In this document: positions 1 through 17,121 of the stretch, in pieces
Layout of the letters: every line of letters starts with the position of its first letter
How positions within the stretch are numbered: position 1 is the stretch's first letter
Assembly (NCBI RefSeq): GCF_000143415.4
Contig: NW_003314316.1
Location: 260,120 to 324,119 of the forward strand
Source of the DNA: Selaginella moellendorffii
Lineage: Eukaryota; Plantae; Lycopodiophyta
Length of the DNA stretch: 64,000 nucleotides
Direction of reading: 5' to 3'
Program-made: the position numbers and the translations under genes
The notes under the pieces: generated by a model
Told to the model about the DNA's origin: nothing
Database searches by the model: none
What the model saw: the letters and a program-made list of their open reading frames with translations, nothing else

Positions 1-3000
1 GACTTAAGGAGGTAGTAGTTGTTTTTTTGTATTATACACATGGGTTCACTCCACTAGATCCTGTATAGCCATTTCTCAAAATTATGTATTAAAGGTAAAC
101 AAGGTTGCAATCCAATGTTATTTATAGTGATTCTTATATTTCATTTGGAAGTGCATACAATTAGTTATTGTGGTGGATCTAATCCCTCAAGAGGTAAGAA
201 AGGTTCAAGAATGGAGCTCACTTAGAGGTGATCAACATGAATTATTCAGTCTAAACTGAAAAACTAGTTGTTCCAGTCTATATTGTGAATGCTTTTGATT
301 CCATCTCTCTTGCCAAGGTGATTAAGATTTTTTAATCATAATAGTTAATCTAGACCATCCAAACTAGACAGTTGAATTAGTATATAAATTAGAATATGCT
401 CAAAGCCCCAACTTACTAGCATTGAATTGAGTGACCTTCCAAAAATTTGGAATTCAAGAACTTACATTTGGTATTAGAGAGGTTTTGGATTTGACTCAAT
501 TAATTCTTCATCCTGGATAATCTTGATATTAGAGAGATTTAAATATGGGATGTGTGCTTTATGTTCCTACAAAATTCTAGAGTTCATTGGATTCTAGATG
601 GATAGATGATATTTTCTCATTTAAAAATATTGTTAAAATAAAATAATAATTATATTATATATTTAGATATTTTGTCTTTTATTTATTACTCTCAAAAGCT
701 CTACATCCATTATTAGAAAAAATAATTTTTATTTAAAAAACTCCTGTCAAAAATGAGCTTTTATTTGCAAACTTATATATTTTAAAAACTATAATACATT
801 TAAATATTTGTTATATATTATTTATGAATTAGCATTTTATAACAATGTTATACATAATCTTTGAAGGTAAACTAAGACAAAGACACATTATAAAATTTGA
901 TAAGAAAACTAAAATAGAATTATAAATAAAACTTGAGGATATATTGATTAAGGATTAAGCCTTTGTTTATATACAAAACTAAATAGATCAGATTCAATTT
1001 TAATTGAACAGTTTATATATTATAATAGTATAGTTAGTGTATTACTATATAAACAACTAAAAAGAATGACTTAAAAGATGATCCATGGGGTTTAAATATA
1101 AAGGGAAAGGGCCTATGAATAAGATTACATTTTTTTCCAATTGGTCAGATACTTAGAGTTTTATTTATTAAACTTTTATTACAATTGTTTTTAATGTAAA
1201 AATGTCAATTTTTCATTAAATAAACTCAAGAGTGCAATTATAGATTATAAATTTAAAAATATCCATTTAGTAAGTCACATAATGTGTATAGACTATGTGT
1301 TGTAACTTGAATGTATATGAATATCATTTATTATTTTTGAACATATAAACCATTAGAAAGAAAATAAAAAATAAACATAGTTATTAGAAACTGCCATTGT
1401 TTCATATTAAATATCAATAAATATTTATGTAAACAATGTTTCTGGGAGGAAACCAAGAAGAAACCATTCCAAAAGAGTGGCAGTATTTGTGTTTCCTAGT
1501 TCAAAATGTCCCTGAAGTTTGGCTTTCCATTGGTGATAGAAGACGGCCAAGGTAAAGAAACCAGAGTGAAAATGCTTCAGTTTTTTCTCGGAATCGAACC
1601 CTAATTCCCCATTAACCAAATTCAAAGGCCTGACCTAACTTAAACATGGCTTACTTATAACACAATATATTATACTATATAATGAGTAAAGTTAAATAAT
1701 TGAAAGGTGATGGATGATAATTCTATGACTTAGTGGCACAGGCTAAGTACATGATTGAACCCCTCTTCTCAGCCAAGATTGAAGATATTTTAAGCCCTAG
1801 TTAATGGAGACAGAAAAATAATATAGGGAAATATTTATTATTCTAAAACTTAGGTCTTTACATTTTATAGTGTAAGATTTATATATGTATATTTGTGTGT
1901 GTATATGTGTATAATACTATTCTAATTATAATAATAAATGGTCCATTTGAGTATATAATTAGAGGTTTTTACCCCAATTAATATACTATCTCGAGGGGAG
2001 GTACTAACATTTGACATTGTGCTTTTTGTTCTGGATTCCTTTGTTCCCAGGTTTCCTACTATATATCTATTCTTCCTTTTTGATTTTCTTATTCTTGATT
2101 GAGGAGTGTCCTTGGAGGCTTTAGAGTTCTTCTCATTGGGCAACACTGTTTCTCCTCTTGTGTCATTTTAAGGTAAAGTTTTTAGACATGTTGTGGAGTG
2201 TGATTGTGTTAGTGTTGCTCTAGTCCTTAATATAATACTATCTTCAACTGCTGTGGGATGTCATTAAGCAGCTTCCTTTATTCCTGGTATCTTACCATCT
2301 GTTGCTAATGTAGAATGTGATCTTGACATCAACTAGATTATGCAATGGTTCTTTCGGTCACATTTAATCCTCTCTTAATCATAAAGCTCTAAATCCCAAC
2401 ATTGTGTGGGGAAGAGAGCAAAAGATCAATGTACATGAACTATGTAAAATCTCAAACTAGCTCTTGAATATATGTTTGCTGCTTGTCTAAAAGAAAGGCA
2501 ATATCTATATGCACATGCTCTCCAATGTTTGTGGAAGAGATACCAAGATCAAAATGGCCTGGATTGCTAATGTTAGTGCTGCTCACAAGACTAAAAGTCC
2601 TTCAAAGCATAACTTTTTTTTTTGTTTGCTTAAACAAATCTGTAAGTGGATATACCTAAAATATGCTTGTATATTCTACAATATACTACCATCTAATAGT
2701 TGATATTCAATAAGATTAATCTTGTGTTTATAATTATAAACTTCCAATTGATCAATTAAATTAATAAATAGAAATAACATTATTATTAAACAAACTAAAC
2801 GTTGCACAGCAAATTATTATGTATTCTTGGATGTGTTAAATAATAATTCCAAAAAATATTTTTTCATTGAGAATATCTAAAAACATCATACCAGAAGTAT
2901 TGATTTGTTCTTTATATGCTGTAAGTATATTGTAGGATATTTTGAAATCCATTCTTCTAGCTGGTGAAGATGATAATAGCAACAGATATACCCACTAAGT

Positions 3001-3295
3001 TTCGTGATTTTACAAAACTACATAATCGAAAATCTATTTTATTTTGGGATGTGGGGTGACACCACTACAATCTCTGATGTTTGCAGCGTAGGTTCCCGGT
3101 GGTTCTTCAGCGCAACAAATGAGATCACAAACTTCAGTCGGCCGTCTGGCGTTCCAAATTCTCCAAATATGCAAACAGTGAAGGTAGAAAAAGGAAAAAA
3201 ATCTCACCTTTGGATGGCCAGTAAAAAAGAAGGGGTTGCTTTTGCCATCTCCCTCTGATAAAATTCAAGACCATAATTATATAAATGCTTCACCT

Positions 3296-4450
3296 TTAGC
3301 AAGACCATCTGGCCATCCCATATGGCTCGACGGTGAAGCTGGGAATGAATGCGCAACTGGCTTCAATGTCCACAGTCGTCAAGGACGTGTGATTGTAGTG
3401 AGCCGACGAGTGCCATGTTGAATCCTTGAGGTTGTATGCAACCGGAGCATACCCGTACGAGGACTTACACAACTCTGTGAAAACGATAATTGTGCTCCCA
3501 ACAAGCAGCGTCGAGGTATATAGCAACATCTCTCTCGGCTTCCAATTCTTGCCATACAGCTCCCCATACCGCTTGCTTGACAAAAGCTTCGCTTTTCCTT
3601 CTCGACAGTCCAGCTCCCAGATAACCACACACCCACAAGAATGCGTGACGAAGAAAATCCTGTCTTTCCACCTCCAAACTCCACAATGGGCAGTGTCGTT
3701 GGCATACTCCTTGTAGATGTAACCATTGTTGAAAGTTGGCTCACCAACGAAGTGCTTGTGACAAGACCAGGCCATGGAATCGGGATTGTAGGCCATGAGA
3801 AAGTATGGCGGGTAATCCAGGCCCGCGCTTCCAATCACGGCGCCATCGATCTTGGTATTTGCGCCGTCGTGCTCACCGATGAAGGGCACTGCCGACTTCC
3901 AAACCCGCGACTCGGAATCATACTGGCGCGCGTGATAGATCACTTCGTCGTCGTCACCATATTTATCGTAGATGAGAACCAGCTTGTAGGAACCTTTGGA
4001 CGGATCAACCTGAAGATGTATCCTTTCCATGGTGTCGAGCGGACGAGAAGGGATATCGATTGGAGGCAGCCGTCTCCATTTGTTTGTCAGTGGATTTCCC
4101 ACCACCAAATTCCACGCTGTGCCAGGCGCACGCCCCTCTTCTGGTAGCAATCCGCAAACCAGGCCGTGTGAAGAAGAAACTCCCATCGAGAAACATCCAC
4201 GAGGCCCTGGATTCAATCCGGTAGATCTTCTTGCGCCGCTGCCCGGGTACCATACTTCTGTGTGGAAGCCGTCCTTTTGCTTGGCGCGCAAGACACAACA
4301 GACCTCGTCCCTTCCCTTCCATTGCTGGGCGAATTCCTGGGAAGCAATGGCGCTGTGCCAGGATCTACAAACGCATCGCAGCCTCCCCAGATCGTCAAGA
4401 TCCACGCCCGCAAAGATCCGGAGCAAGAGATCTCGCGGTAGCCGCTCCAT
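3296..4450 (-). CDS. Intronless F-box protein with kelch/FBA-like C-terminal domain
   Basis: 384-aa ORF starting with an F-box (LPRDLLLRIFAGVDLDDLGRLRCVCRSW), followed by SSHGLVC...VVGNPLTNKWRRLP, typical of plant F-box proteins. Confidence 0.9.
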   Translation of the reverse strand: MERLPRDLLLRIFAGVDLDDLGRLRCVCRSWHSAIASQEFAQQWKGRDEVCCVLRAKQKDGFHTEVWYPGSGARRSTGLNPGPRGCFSMGVSSSHGLVCGLLPEEGRAPGTAWNLVVGNPLTNKWRRLPPIDIPSRPLDTMERIHLQVDPSKGSYKLVLIYDKYGDDDEVIYHARQYDSESRVWKSAVPFIGEHDGANTKIDGAVIGSAGLDYPPYFLMAYNPDSMAWSCHKHFVGEPTFNNGYIYKEYANDTAHCGVWRWKDRIFFVTHSCGCVVIWELDCREGKAKLLSSKRYGELYGKNWKPREMLLYTSTLLVGSTIIVFTELCKSSYGYAPVAYNLKDSTWHSSAHYNHTSLTTVDIEASCAFIPSFTVEPYGMARWSC

Positions 4451-4543
4451 TCTGCCCTGATCCAGAGAGAAAATCCCAATTTTTATGCTTCTTCTCCTTC
4501 CCTTTCAGTTGCCCTAAAAGGAATGGCGAGACCTTTATAAAAA

Positions 4544-6062
4544 TCACACTTTTGTGTTCTTGACGATGTGCTGACAATGTCGTAGCAGGCAATCGCGCGC
4601 TTGTGAATTGCCATATCCAACTTCTGCTAGACAGAGGCCGTGAGCAGGCGCTGGAGGAGCCGACGCTCGCCTGTCCGTTTCTTCCATGAGAGCTACCAAG
4701 GCGTCGTCGTTTGCCCCGGCGAAGGCTTCCTTGATCGCCGTGGACACTAAAACTCGCACCATCTATCAAACAAGCTACGTTAGAATGGAAGCGATGGAAA
4801 AAGATTTTCGTCGAGACAAACCTTTCTTAGAAACCTGTCCGCGACGAGCTCCACAACCATGACATTTTCCTGGGGAAAGCATCATCAAAACCAGTTTTTT
4901 CGAGCAAAACACGAGCAAACCTCGTTGGGAACTGGTAGCTTGGCGAGAGCAGCTCGAGCGTGGTAGAGTGTGCACACCGTAGCAGGCCCGCTGTTAGACA
5001 AAACAATAATTTCCTTTCTTAGCAGAGCTCTCGCAGCTTTTGTTTCCAAGGTTACCTGCTTCTGGCGATCTTTGTGTCGCGAGCGAAGATTGCGTATGAC
5101 AAGCTGTGGCCTTCGAGACCTCGCAACAGCGTTGCCACTTTAGAAACATCAATCTCGTCCCTGCTGCGAAGCGGAAAAATGTAAATGTAGCGTCTCCACT
5201 TTGCAGAAAAAATGGGATGGAAGTCGCGGTCTACCTGCATAACATTTCTCATTTAGCAAACACAGCTCTTCAAGATAGAACTCACCTCGGACGCTGACAC
5301 CGCTCGCAGGATTGTTGGCATGGCGGAGTTGACAGCAGATTTCACGTCTTCCTCTTTGCATTCTCTCATCCATGTATCTACAAACAGGATTTGGGAGAGA
5401 ACAACTTAGAAAACTCTGGCGGACTGGAGTGAATTACCTTACAGAAGGAGCAAACTTGTCCACAAGCGTGAACACCTTTGTCAGTCCTCCCCGCGACTGA
5501 AACTAGAGCTTCTTTGATCTTTCCCTGTTTCTCCAGATTACTTGCTCTCTTTCCATCGACAAACCTCCCAAGTTGCTTCTCAAGAACACTGGAAATCTCT
5601 CCTTAAGCAAGCAAGCAGTGAAGAAGGGAAAACGAAAAATTCCACCTTTGGACAGTCAGGAAACCCGGTTGCTTTTGCCATCCTGCGAAAGCTGTGCCGC
5701 TGTAAGAAAGAACAATCTTAAATGTCCTCCTTTCCCACCTTCCTCCTCTCTCTTTGGAACGATCGACTATGGGAAGCGACTTATCCTCATCTTGCTGCTT
5801 GGTTTCCAAGCAGCGATCTTCAAATTTCTCCTGGAAATCCCTCTTAAATCTATCAAGATCCAGAAAAAAATGCTCACATTGTGCTCGATCCTCAGATCGC
5901 GAAGCCCGATCTGGCCATTCACAACGAGCTGATAGAACTTGAGCACGGAATCCCACGGCCGCTGCTCAAAGAACTCGTGGCAATCCCTGGAGCGACAAAA
6001 ATTCTCATTCCAGCCCGACGCAGATAGCGCGCTTACCTCGCAGACCATCGTCGCTCCGCCAT
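4544..6062 (-). CDS. tRNA pseudouridine synthase, TruA/Pus1 family (multi-exon)
   Basis: Exon motifs TFKIVLSYSGTAFAGWQKQPG, catalytic AGRTDKGVHA (~5465-5495), DFHPIFSAKWRRYIYIFP, RRMVRVLV, APAHGLCL; GT-AG introns; ATG at 6062. Confidence 0.88.
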
Positions 6063-6107
6063 AGCTCTAGGAATTAGGGTTCTTTAAAAAAGTGGCTCAC
6101 ATGGCAA

Positions 6108-6209
6108 TTACGCAAACACGTAGCAAGAACGAGCATACGTGGCAGATGACAAGGCGATTACGAAGCAAACACGTCAGCAAAAACGACCATACGTGGCAGC
6201 TGACAAGGA
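6108..6209. repeat. Imperfect two-copy ~50-bp tandem repeat with ACGTGGC (ABRE/G-box-like) cores
   Basis: gcaaacacgt..gcaa.aacga.catacgtggcag.tgacaagg occurs twice between the RPL19 stop and the TruA start. Confidence 0.6.
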
Positions 6210-6235
6210 CTCTTTTGCTCTTGCATACAGGCAAA

Positions 6236-6924
6236 TTACTTTTGGGCCAAGCGTTCTTCCCGGCGAGCGATTTTCCTCTCGCGGGTGGCCTTGTTCTTGG
6301 CGCGCCTGGCCTCGAATTGATCCGTCAGGGTCTTCTCGCGGGCCTTCTCAGCCTTGAATTTGTGGATGTTCTCCATGAGCACGCGCTTGTTCTTGAAAAC
6401 ATTGCCCTTCACCTTCATGTACATGCTGTGGTACATATGCTTGTCGATCTTCTTCGCGTCGCGGTACTTGCGAAGGAGACGACGAAGAACTCGCATTCTT
6501 CGCAGCCAGACGATCTTGGATGGAAGCCGAGCTTCGCGAGTGCCGTGCCTCTTACCTGATCGGAGCAAAACCAGCAAAACCAGAGCGATCAATCGAGGGA
6601 AATCGAGCAAAAACGAGGAAGAACTTAGCATACCTTTGCCCGAGTGGCGACCCTTCCTCTTGGCCTCGAGCTCGCGGCGGGCGCGCGCGCGAGAGTGGAT
6701 TTTCTGGGGCTTTTTTATCACCAAGCCATCCTTGACGAGCTTCCGGATGTTCTGCCCTGATTGAGCGTAACGATCAAACACGAGATAACACCCATCTTTC
6801 ACTTGTTCTTACTGGAATTCGCCATGGAGATCTCGTTCACTTCATTGGGATCGAGCCACACCTTGTTCTTGCCGCACTTGAGGACCGCAGCCGCCAGGCG
6901 CTTCTGGAGAGTGAGCGCCACCAT
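6236..6924 (-). CDS. RPL19: 60S ribosomal protein L19 (eL19)
   Basis: [28 protein letters not shown]...[10 protein letters not shown]...GTREARLP...[15 protein letters not shown]; two short introns; the 3' end could extend through a further intron. Confidence 0.95.
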
Positions 6925-6958
6925 CGCTGCGAAGACCCTACTCGACCCTAAACTACGG

Positions 6959-7128
6959 AAACCCTAAACCATACATTCTTTATGCGCTAGATTCCCCCTT
7001 GTACGACGGTTGTCAATTTATGACCACGTGACCCAAAAGCTAATGTATGGAGCAAACCTGACCGACGACGAGCATTCCCCTGTTCAAAATCGCAGCGCAT
7101 TTGGAGAGAGCTAGTTAGGGTTTAGGGT
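6959..7128. promoter_or_regulatory. Telo-boxes in the divergent RPL19/NDR promoter
   Basis: aaaccctaaa at ~6959 and tagggtttagggt at ~7116; telo-boxes are established elements of plant translation-related promoters. Confidence 0.55.
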
Positions 7129-7259
7129 AAGGCGCAAGGGATGGAAGCTGCCGCCGCGGGGTGAATCGCGAGGAAATCTCCAGCAGCTTTGCTACTGCTG
7201 CCCTGCTGCTATTGTTGGTACTGTTCTTGGTGTTGGATCTGTCGTCGCGGCAGCGAGAA

Positions 7260-9710
<2,451 letters not shown>

Positions 9711-11885
9711 CTGTATAGAGCCCTTTCGTTTACTGGGATCCATAGGTACGGTACTCAGGTGAGGATCTATAGGAAGAAGGTAAAAAACAGGGACAAGAGA
9801 GAAAGAGAACAGGAAGGGGGGATCTTTTCCTCTCAAGTTATAGCTCGCCAGGCAGCAAAGGGAAAGGGAAGAAGTGACATAAAAAGTAATAGCTAGCTAT
9901 AGCTAGAATGGCAGCTCGGGCCTTGGGCTATGCAGTGCGCGGTACCGTCTTCGTCTTCCACCACTCAATCCGTCAGCGGCACCAATAAAGCCTTTGGTTG
10001 GCACAATTACCGCAGCGATCCACAAGAAGAAGGAAAAGACTTCCAGCTTTGTATAAACTGTGGAAGCTCACAGGGACGTCAGTGGCGGAGCACTGGATCT
10101 GGAGCACAGGACAGGGAAGCGTAAAGTTTTGTGTAGCAGCGGCAACAACGAGATCGATCATCGATCAATCAATCAAGAACTAGAAGATCAAAGAGGACAG
10201 TGGGGTCAATTTGGACAGCTGCTACTACTGCTGCGTGCTGCTGCGATGATCCTACTTTTTTGGCTGCTACCACTTTTCTTTCGCGACCAACAAGCACGGC
10301 TTTTCGGACAGACTCTGTGGAGAAGAGCTGGCGTCATGGTGTGACGAGATTCATTGTAGTATGATATTTTTTTCTCTCTTATCTTCCTCTTGGGATTTCT
10401 AAAACTGTCAAGCGAGATGGCGCGAAGATTCAAATTCAAATTCAAAACGATGCCGAATATGCCGTTCACACGTGGCGGGCATCGGACGGTGTTGCCCTCG
10501 CATTCAGCGCCAAAACACTCTTCATTAAAAAAGAGCGACGTTTTCGTTGTCAAGAACCCTAGCGAGCGAGCGATCGGTGATGGCGCGATGGAGCGAATCA
10601 GGGGCGGGCGAGGCGCTGGCGCAGCAGCTGCCGCGACGTCGCCATCGATTCTTTGTCGGCGCCATGTGGTAAATAGCTCTTTTGGCCGATTTTTCAAGCT
10701 GCCGCGCTGCCGCGCTGCTGCAAGCCTGATTTCCTGCCTTTGTCGTCTCTGATCGCCTCTGATCGCCTCTCCATCGCGTCTGATCGCATCGCATTTAAGA
10801 GATTTCTTTGTTTGCACGCCCCTGGAAGCCTTAAGCCTTAAGCTCTTCCCTCTCCTCCCTTTTACATCACAGGTCGCGCATGCAGTACGACGATAATTTG
10901 GCATCTTTCTTGTAAAAAGCCATAGCTTCGATCGGTCTGTTCCTGTTTGTCTGATGGATCTGGTGCGCTCTGGCATCGCCCTCTCTCTGTGCTGCCAGTT
11001 TTCACATAGCTATGTGACTTATGTTGCCTGCAAGGAAATATTCTAACTTCTAAGCTGATGATCCTGATCACCTCTTTGCGGTACACTAGCGCCCCCAGTA
11101 GTCCAATCATCCTTGCTAGCGATTCGCACGGATCATAATTCTCGCCTTGCACTTCTCCCTTTATTGCTGCCTGAGTGAGAGCCAACTTGGTAGCTCTCTC
11201 TAACCATACCTTTTCCAGAGCCAAGGAAAAGTAGTTTGTTCTAGTTGGACTGGGCTTCTGTCTGGCCGGCTGGCTGGAACTGGTTCCTTTCTTCTATCCT
11301 TTAAGCTCTCGTTTCGCACCGTTTGGTTCTTTTGTCTAGCTCCTCATTTCTGAAAAAAAGATCGTATATTTCCTCCATCGTGTCTGAATGGGACGTGAAA
11401 CAGTGTAGTCGATAGAAGAAGAGATGGAAAAAAGTACATCTTGGTTTCATGGTCCCCGCACTCGCCATTAGTGGTGATGGCTTGCTGTTGAAACTACAGA
11501 AGGACTGACTTGATTCGAAGCTTGTGTATGTTTTAAATTCCTCTGGTGCCAGGACGTTTCTTTTCTCTAAATGTGATAGGCAGATCAAGACGTTCTTCTC
11601 GACTCCAATTTAGCCGATCCAGTTCCTTGCAAGTTGCAAGCATATATGATGCTTTCTCACTATAGAGTTTTCTCTTACGGGACGGCCCAACCTGCAAGAC
11701 TGCTCCAGTTGTGAGTATATATAGGTGTATCTTTTTCTGCGAGAACGATTTTTAATCCCTTCACAATTGTGCAGCGGAAAATTCCGAAAGACGAGAGGAA
11801 TGTGTCAACTATATTCCCAGAAAACCAGATGTCAAGCGTGCTGCCGCGGCTCAGCTGGTGAGGGAGGGGATCGCCATGTTTAGAC

Positions 11886-13307
11886 ATGAGTGATGAACGG
11901 AGACAACTGGAACGTACAGTTGAATCTTCATCAAAGGCACACGAATCTGAGAGCAGCAAGACGAGGAAACCCCAAGGAGGAGGACAGGGACGAGGAGAAG
12001 GAGGAGAAGAAGAAGCCGAGCAATTGGAAACAGCCAAGACATCGTCACTGCGAGTCCGATCGACAAGAACATCGCCAAGTCAAACGACGAAAGCACGGAC
12101 AACCAAGTCTGGTGGAAAGGATCGGCACAGTAAAGTCAATACAGCTAGAGGCCCGAGGGACAGGCGAGTGAGGCTGTCCGTTTCTACGGCAATCCAGTTC
12201 TACGACATCCAGGATAGGCTCGGCTATGATCAGCCCAGCAAGGCTATAGAGTGGCTCCTCAAGAAAGCAAAGCCGGCTATCGACGAGCTCAACCAGCTCC
12301 CACCGGCTCCGCTCTCAATTGGACGTGCAAGCTCGATAACCCCATCCAAGGACGAGAATTCTCAATCCACAAGTCAAGCGCAGGCTGGTTTCACTTCCAC
12401 TACCGCTGCCGCCGCTGGAGAAACTTTCAATCCGTATCACTTCCAGCCAGAGCAATCGTCTTCCGCTTTAGCAGCACGGCAGGAGAGTCATGCGTGGAAG
12501 CTCGAACAATTTCGCCATGCTCACGACTCGAGAGAAGATTCCAGGCTGAAGGCACGGGAACGAAAGCCGAGCTCGAGTAGCGCGCACGCAACGGAAGAAT
12601 CACATCACCAACATCAGCACCACGAACAACTTACTTCTTTCCTTCATCAAAGCACCGTGTTTGACACGACGCCATCGTACACCTACAACAACAGCACTAG
12701 CAGCAGCAGCAGCAGCAGCAACATCATCAACACTCCAATGCGCTCGTCCTTCACGCAGCTTCTCCAGTCGCCACTCCCCAACCCGCTGCAAAGCTTCATC
12801 CAGAGCTCGTCGCATCATCAGCTCCTTCAGAACCAGTTCCTCAACACGCTGCAGGGGCTCTATCTCCCGGCTCCATCTCTAGGCCCGCTTCATCACTCGT
12901 TCCAGCAAGAGATCGCCGAGGCTGCCGCAACATCACAGCTGGGAGGAGGAACAGGTTCACTCCATTCTTTTCACCATCATAACTCTCCTCTTGTCCAGGT
13001 TCCAAGCGGCAGTCACGGCTCTCTCGTAAACCAGCAGTGGCCATCGCCGGGAGTGATGAATCCACTCCAAGTTTCATATGGTCGGGGCAGCTTGCTCTCC
13101 AGTCTCACTACTTCGGCAGCTTTCACCTCCGACATCGTCTCCTCCCGGCAACGCAAACAAGTCGACATGGACTATAGCCTCTCCTCGAGGCCGGCCATGG
13201 CTTCGTCTCCTCGAGTTTATAGTTTGGTACCAGCGCGGATTCAAGGCCTGGACGATGACGACGACATGGATCAACAACAACGACGGCAGTCACAAACCGA
13301 GAACTGA
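11886..13307 (+). CDS. Class II (CIN-like) TCP transcription factor
   Basis: TCP domain [48 protein letters not shown]; short R-domain-like [11 protein letters not shown]; S/Q/H-rich C-terminus; intronless 473-aa ORF. Confidence 0.95.
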   Translation: MSDERRQLERTVESSSKAHESESSKTRKPQGGGQGRGEGGEEEAEQLETAKTSSLRVRSTRTSPSQTTKARTTKSGGKDRHSKVNTARGPRDRRVRLSVSTAIQFYDIQDRLGYDQPSKAIEWLLKKAKPAIDELNQLPPAPLSIGRASSITPSKDENSQSTSQAQAGFTSTTAAAAGETFNPYHFQPEQSSSALAARQESHAWKLEQFRHAHDSREDSRLKARERKPSSSSAHATEESHHQHQHHEQLTSFLHQSTVFDTTPSYTYNNSTSSSSSSSNIINTPMRSSFTQLLQSPLPNPLQSFIQSSSHHQLLQNQFLNTLQGLYLPAPSLGPLHHSFQQEIAEAAATSQLGGGTGSLHSFHHHNSPLVQVPSGSHGSLVNQQWPSPGVMNPLQVSYGRGSLLSSLTTSAAFTSDIVSSRQRKQVDMDYSLSSRPAMASSPRVYSLVPARIQGLDDDDDMDQQQRRQSQTEN

Positions 13308-13776
13308 ATCAAGAAAAATGGGGGAAAACGAGAGATAAGTGATTCCTTTTTTTTTCGATTCGCTTGGTTCTGTTTTTTCTGGGGAAATGTGCTTCCCCTG
13401 TTTACAGGAAGATTATAAAAACTCGAGAAAAAAGAACGAAAAAAAGAATAGAGAAAGAGTTCCACTAGTTTGTCCTTCCAGGACAAAAGCGAAGAGAAGA
13501 AAAAAGCTCACCGTGTCATTGATTGGGGGAGAGAGACAAAGATGTACAAAGTGAGACAAGGTGTACGGAGGCAATAAAAAAGAAAGAAAGAGGGGTTCTA
13601 TGTACGGCCTTCTCTTCGAAGAGATCTCTAAGAGAAAGGAGGAAACGAGGAAACCAGGGAGAGACAAGGAAAAGAAAAATGGAGAACGAACAACAAAACT
13701 GGCGCAACCATTCCGTTCTCTAGGTTCTTTCTTCTTCGCTTCAGTCTCTTTTTTCTTTTTTTTTCGGTGAAGGAGG

Positions 13777-16376
<2,600 letters not shown>

Positions 16377-17121
16377 TCTTTCCCGATCGACACCTGGGCT
16401 AGCTAAAGACCTGTTCTTCCCAATCCCTGATATTTAGCCTTACTTTGACTAGATCGATCGCTCCCAAGAACGCCAGAGCAATGGGGATCGTTCCCCGGCA
16501 GCCACGCCGATACATTTGCAATCCCCTACTGGATCGCCACAGTATCGGCAATCCGACAATTCGTTGCCGCCATAGCCTGCCTCCCGCACAACGAAATTTC
16601 CCACAGATCGGGCGGCGCCAAGACGAGACCGACACGCTAGAATGCCGGCACGATCGCCCTCAGCTCCACCGCGCACAGCGCTCCAAAACGCGTTCCCCCG
16701 TACACATCACTGCCCGGAATGCGTGCCACTGGAATCCGCGAGCGCAATCCAATGCTACAGTGCCGATCGAGCGATCGCCGGCGAAGAGGAAGGAAAGAAT
16801 CGAGAAACCCTAGCTCTAGGACGCCGCGCCAGGGGAGGCCTTGACGCTCCAACAAAAGAGAAGCAACGAAGAATACGTGGTGTTTTACCGGGTTTGCGTT
16901 CGTACGGACGAGCGTACCAGCGTGGCAGCATCGCGGCCGTCGGTGCTGCCACCCACGTACCGCGTGACGCCGGCAATGAAGGAGCATTTACGTGGTAGAG
17001 CTGCCGTCGATCAGCGCGATCCAGCGGCGGCAATTGGTCCAAGTGTTACGAATTTTCTTGGTGTTTAGAAATCGCTTTGGATTATATTTCTCGATATTTA
17101 CACTTAGGTGTTCCCAATCCC

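Noticed and set aside
1-3250. Short ORFs in AT-rich DNA (e.g. 1425-1625, 1922-2146, 3004-3258)
   Set aside because: No recognisable domain or consistent splice structure; probably intergenic or decayed TE sequence
9930-11700. ORFs of 60-256 aa and gatcgc-rich repeats upstream of the TCP gene; possible miRNA hairpin
   Set aside because: No protein motifs, no match to conserved miRNAs I know and no convincing long stem; more likely TCP promoter, 5'UTR or intron
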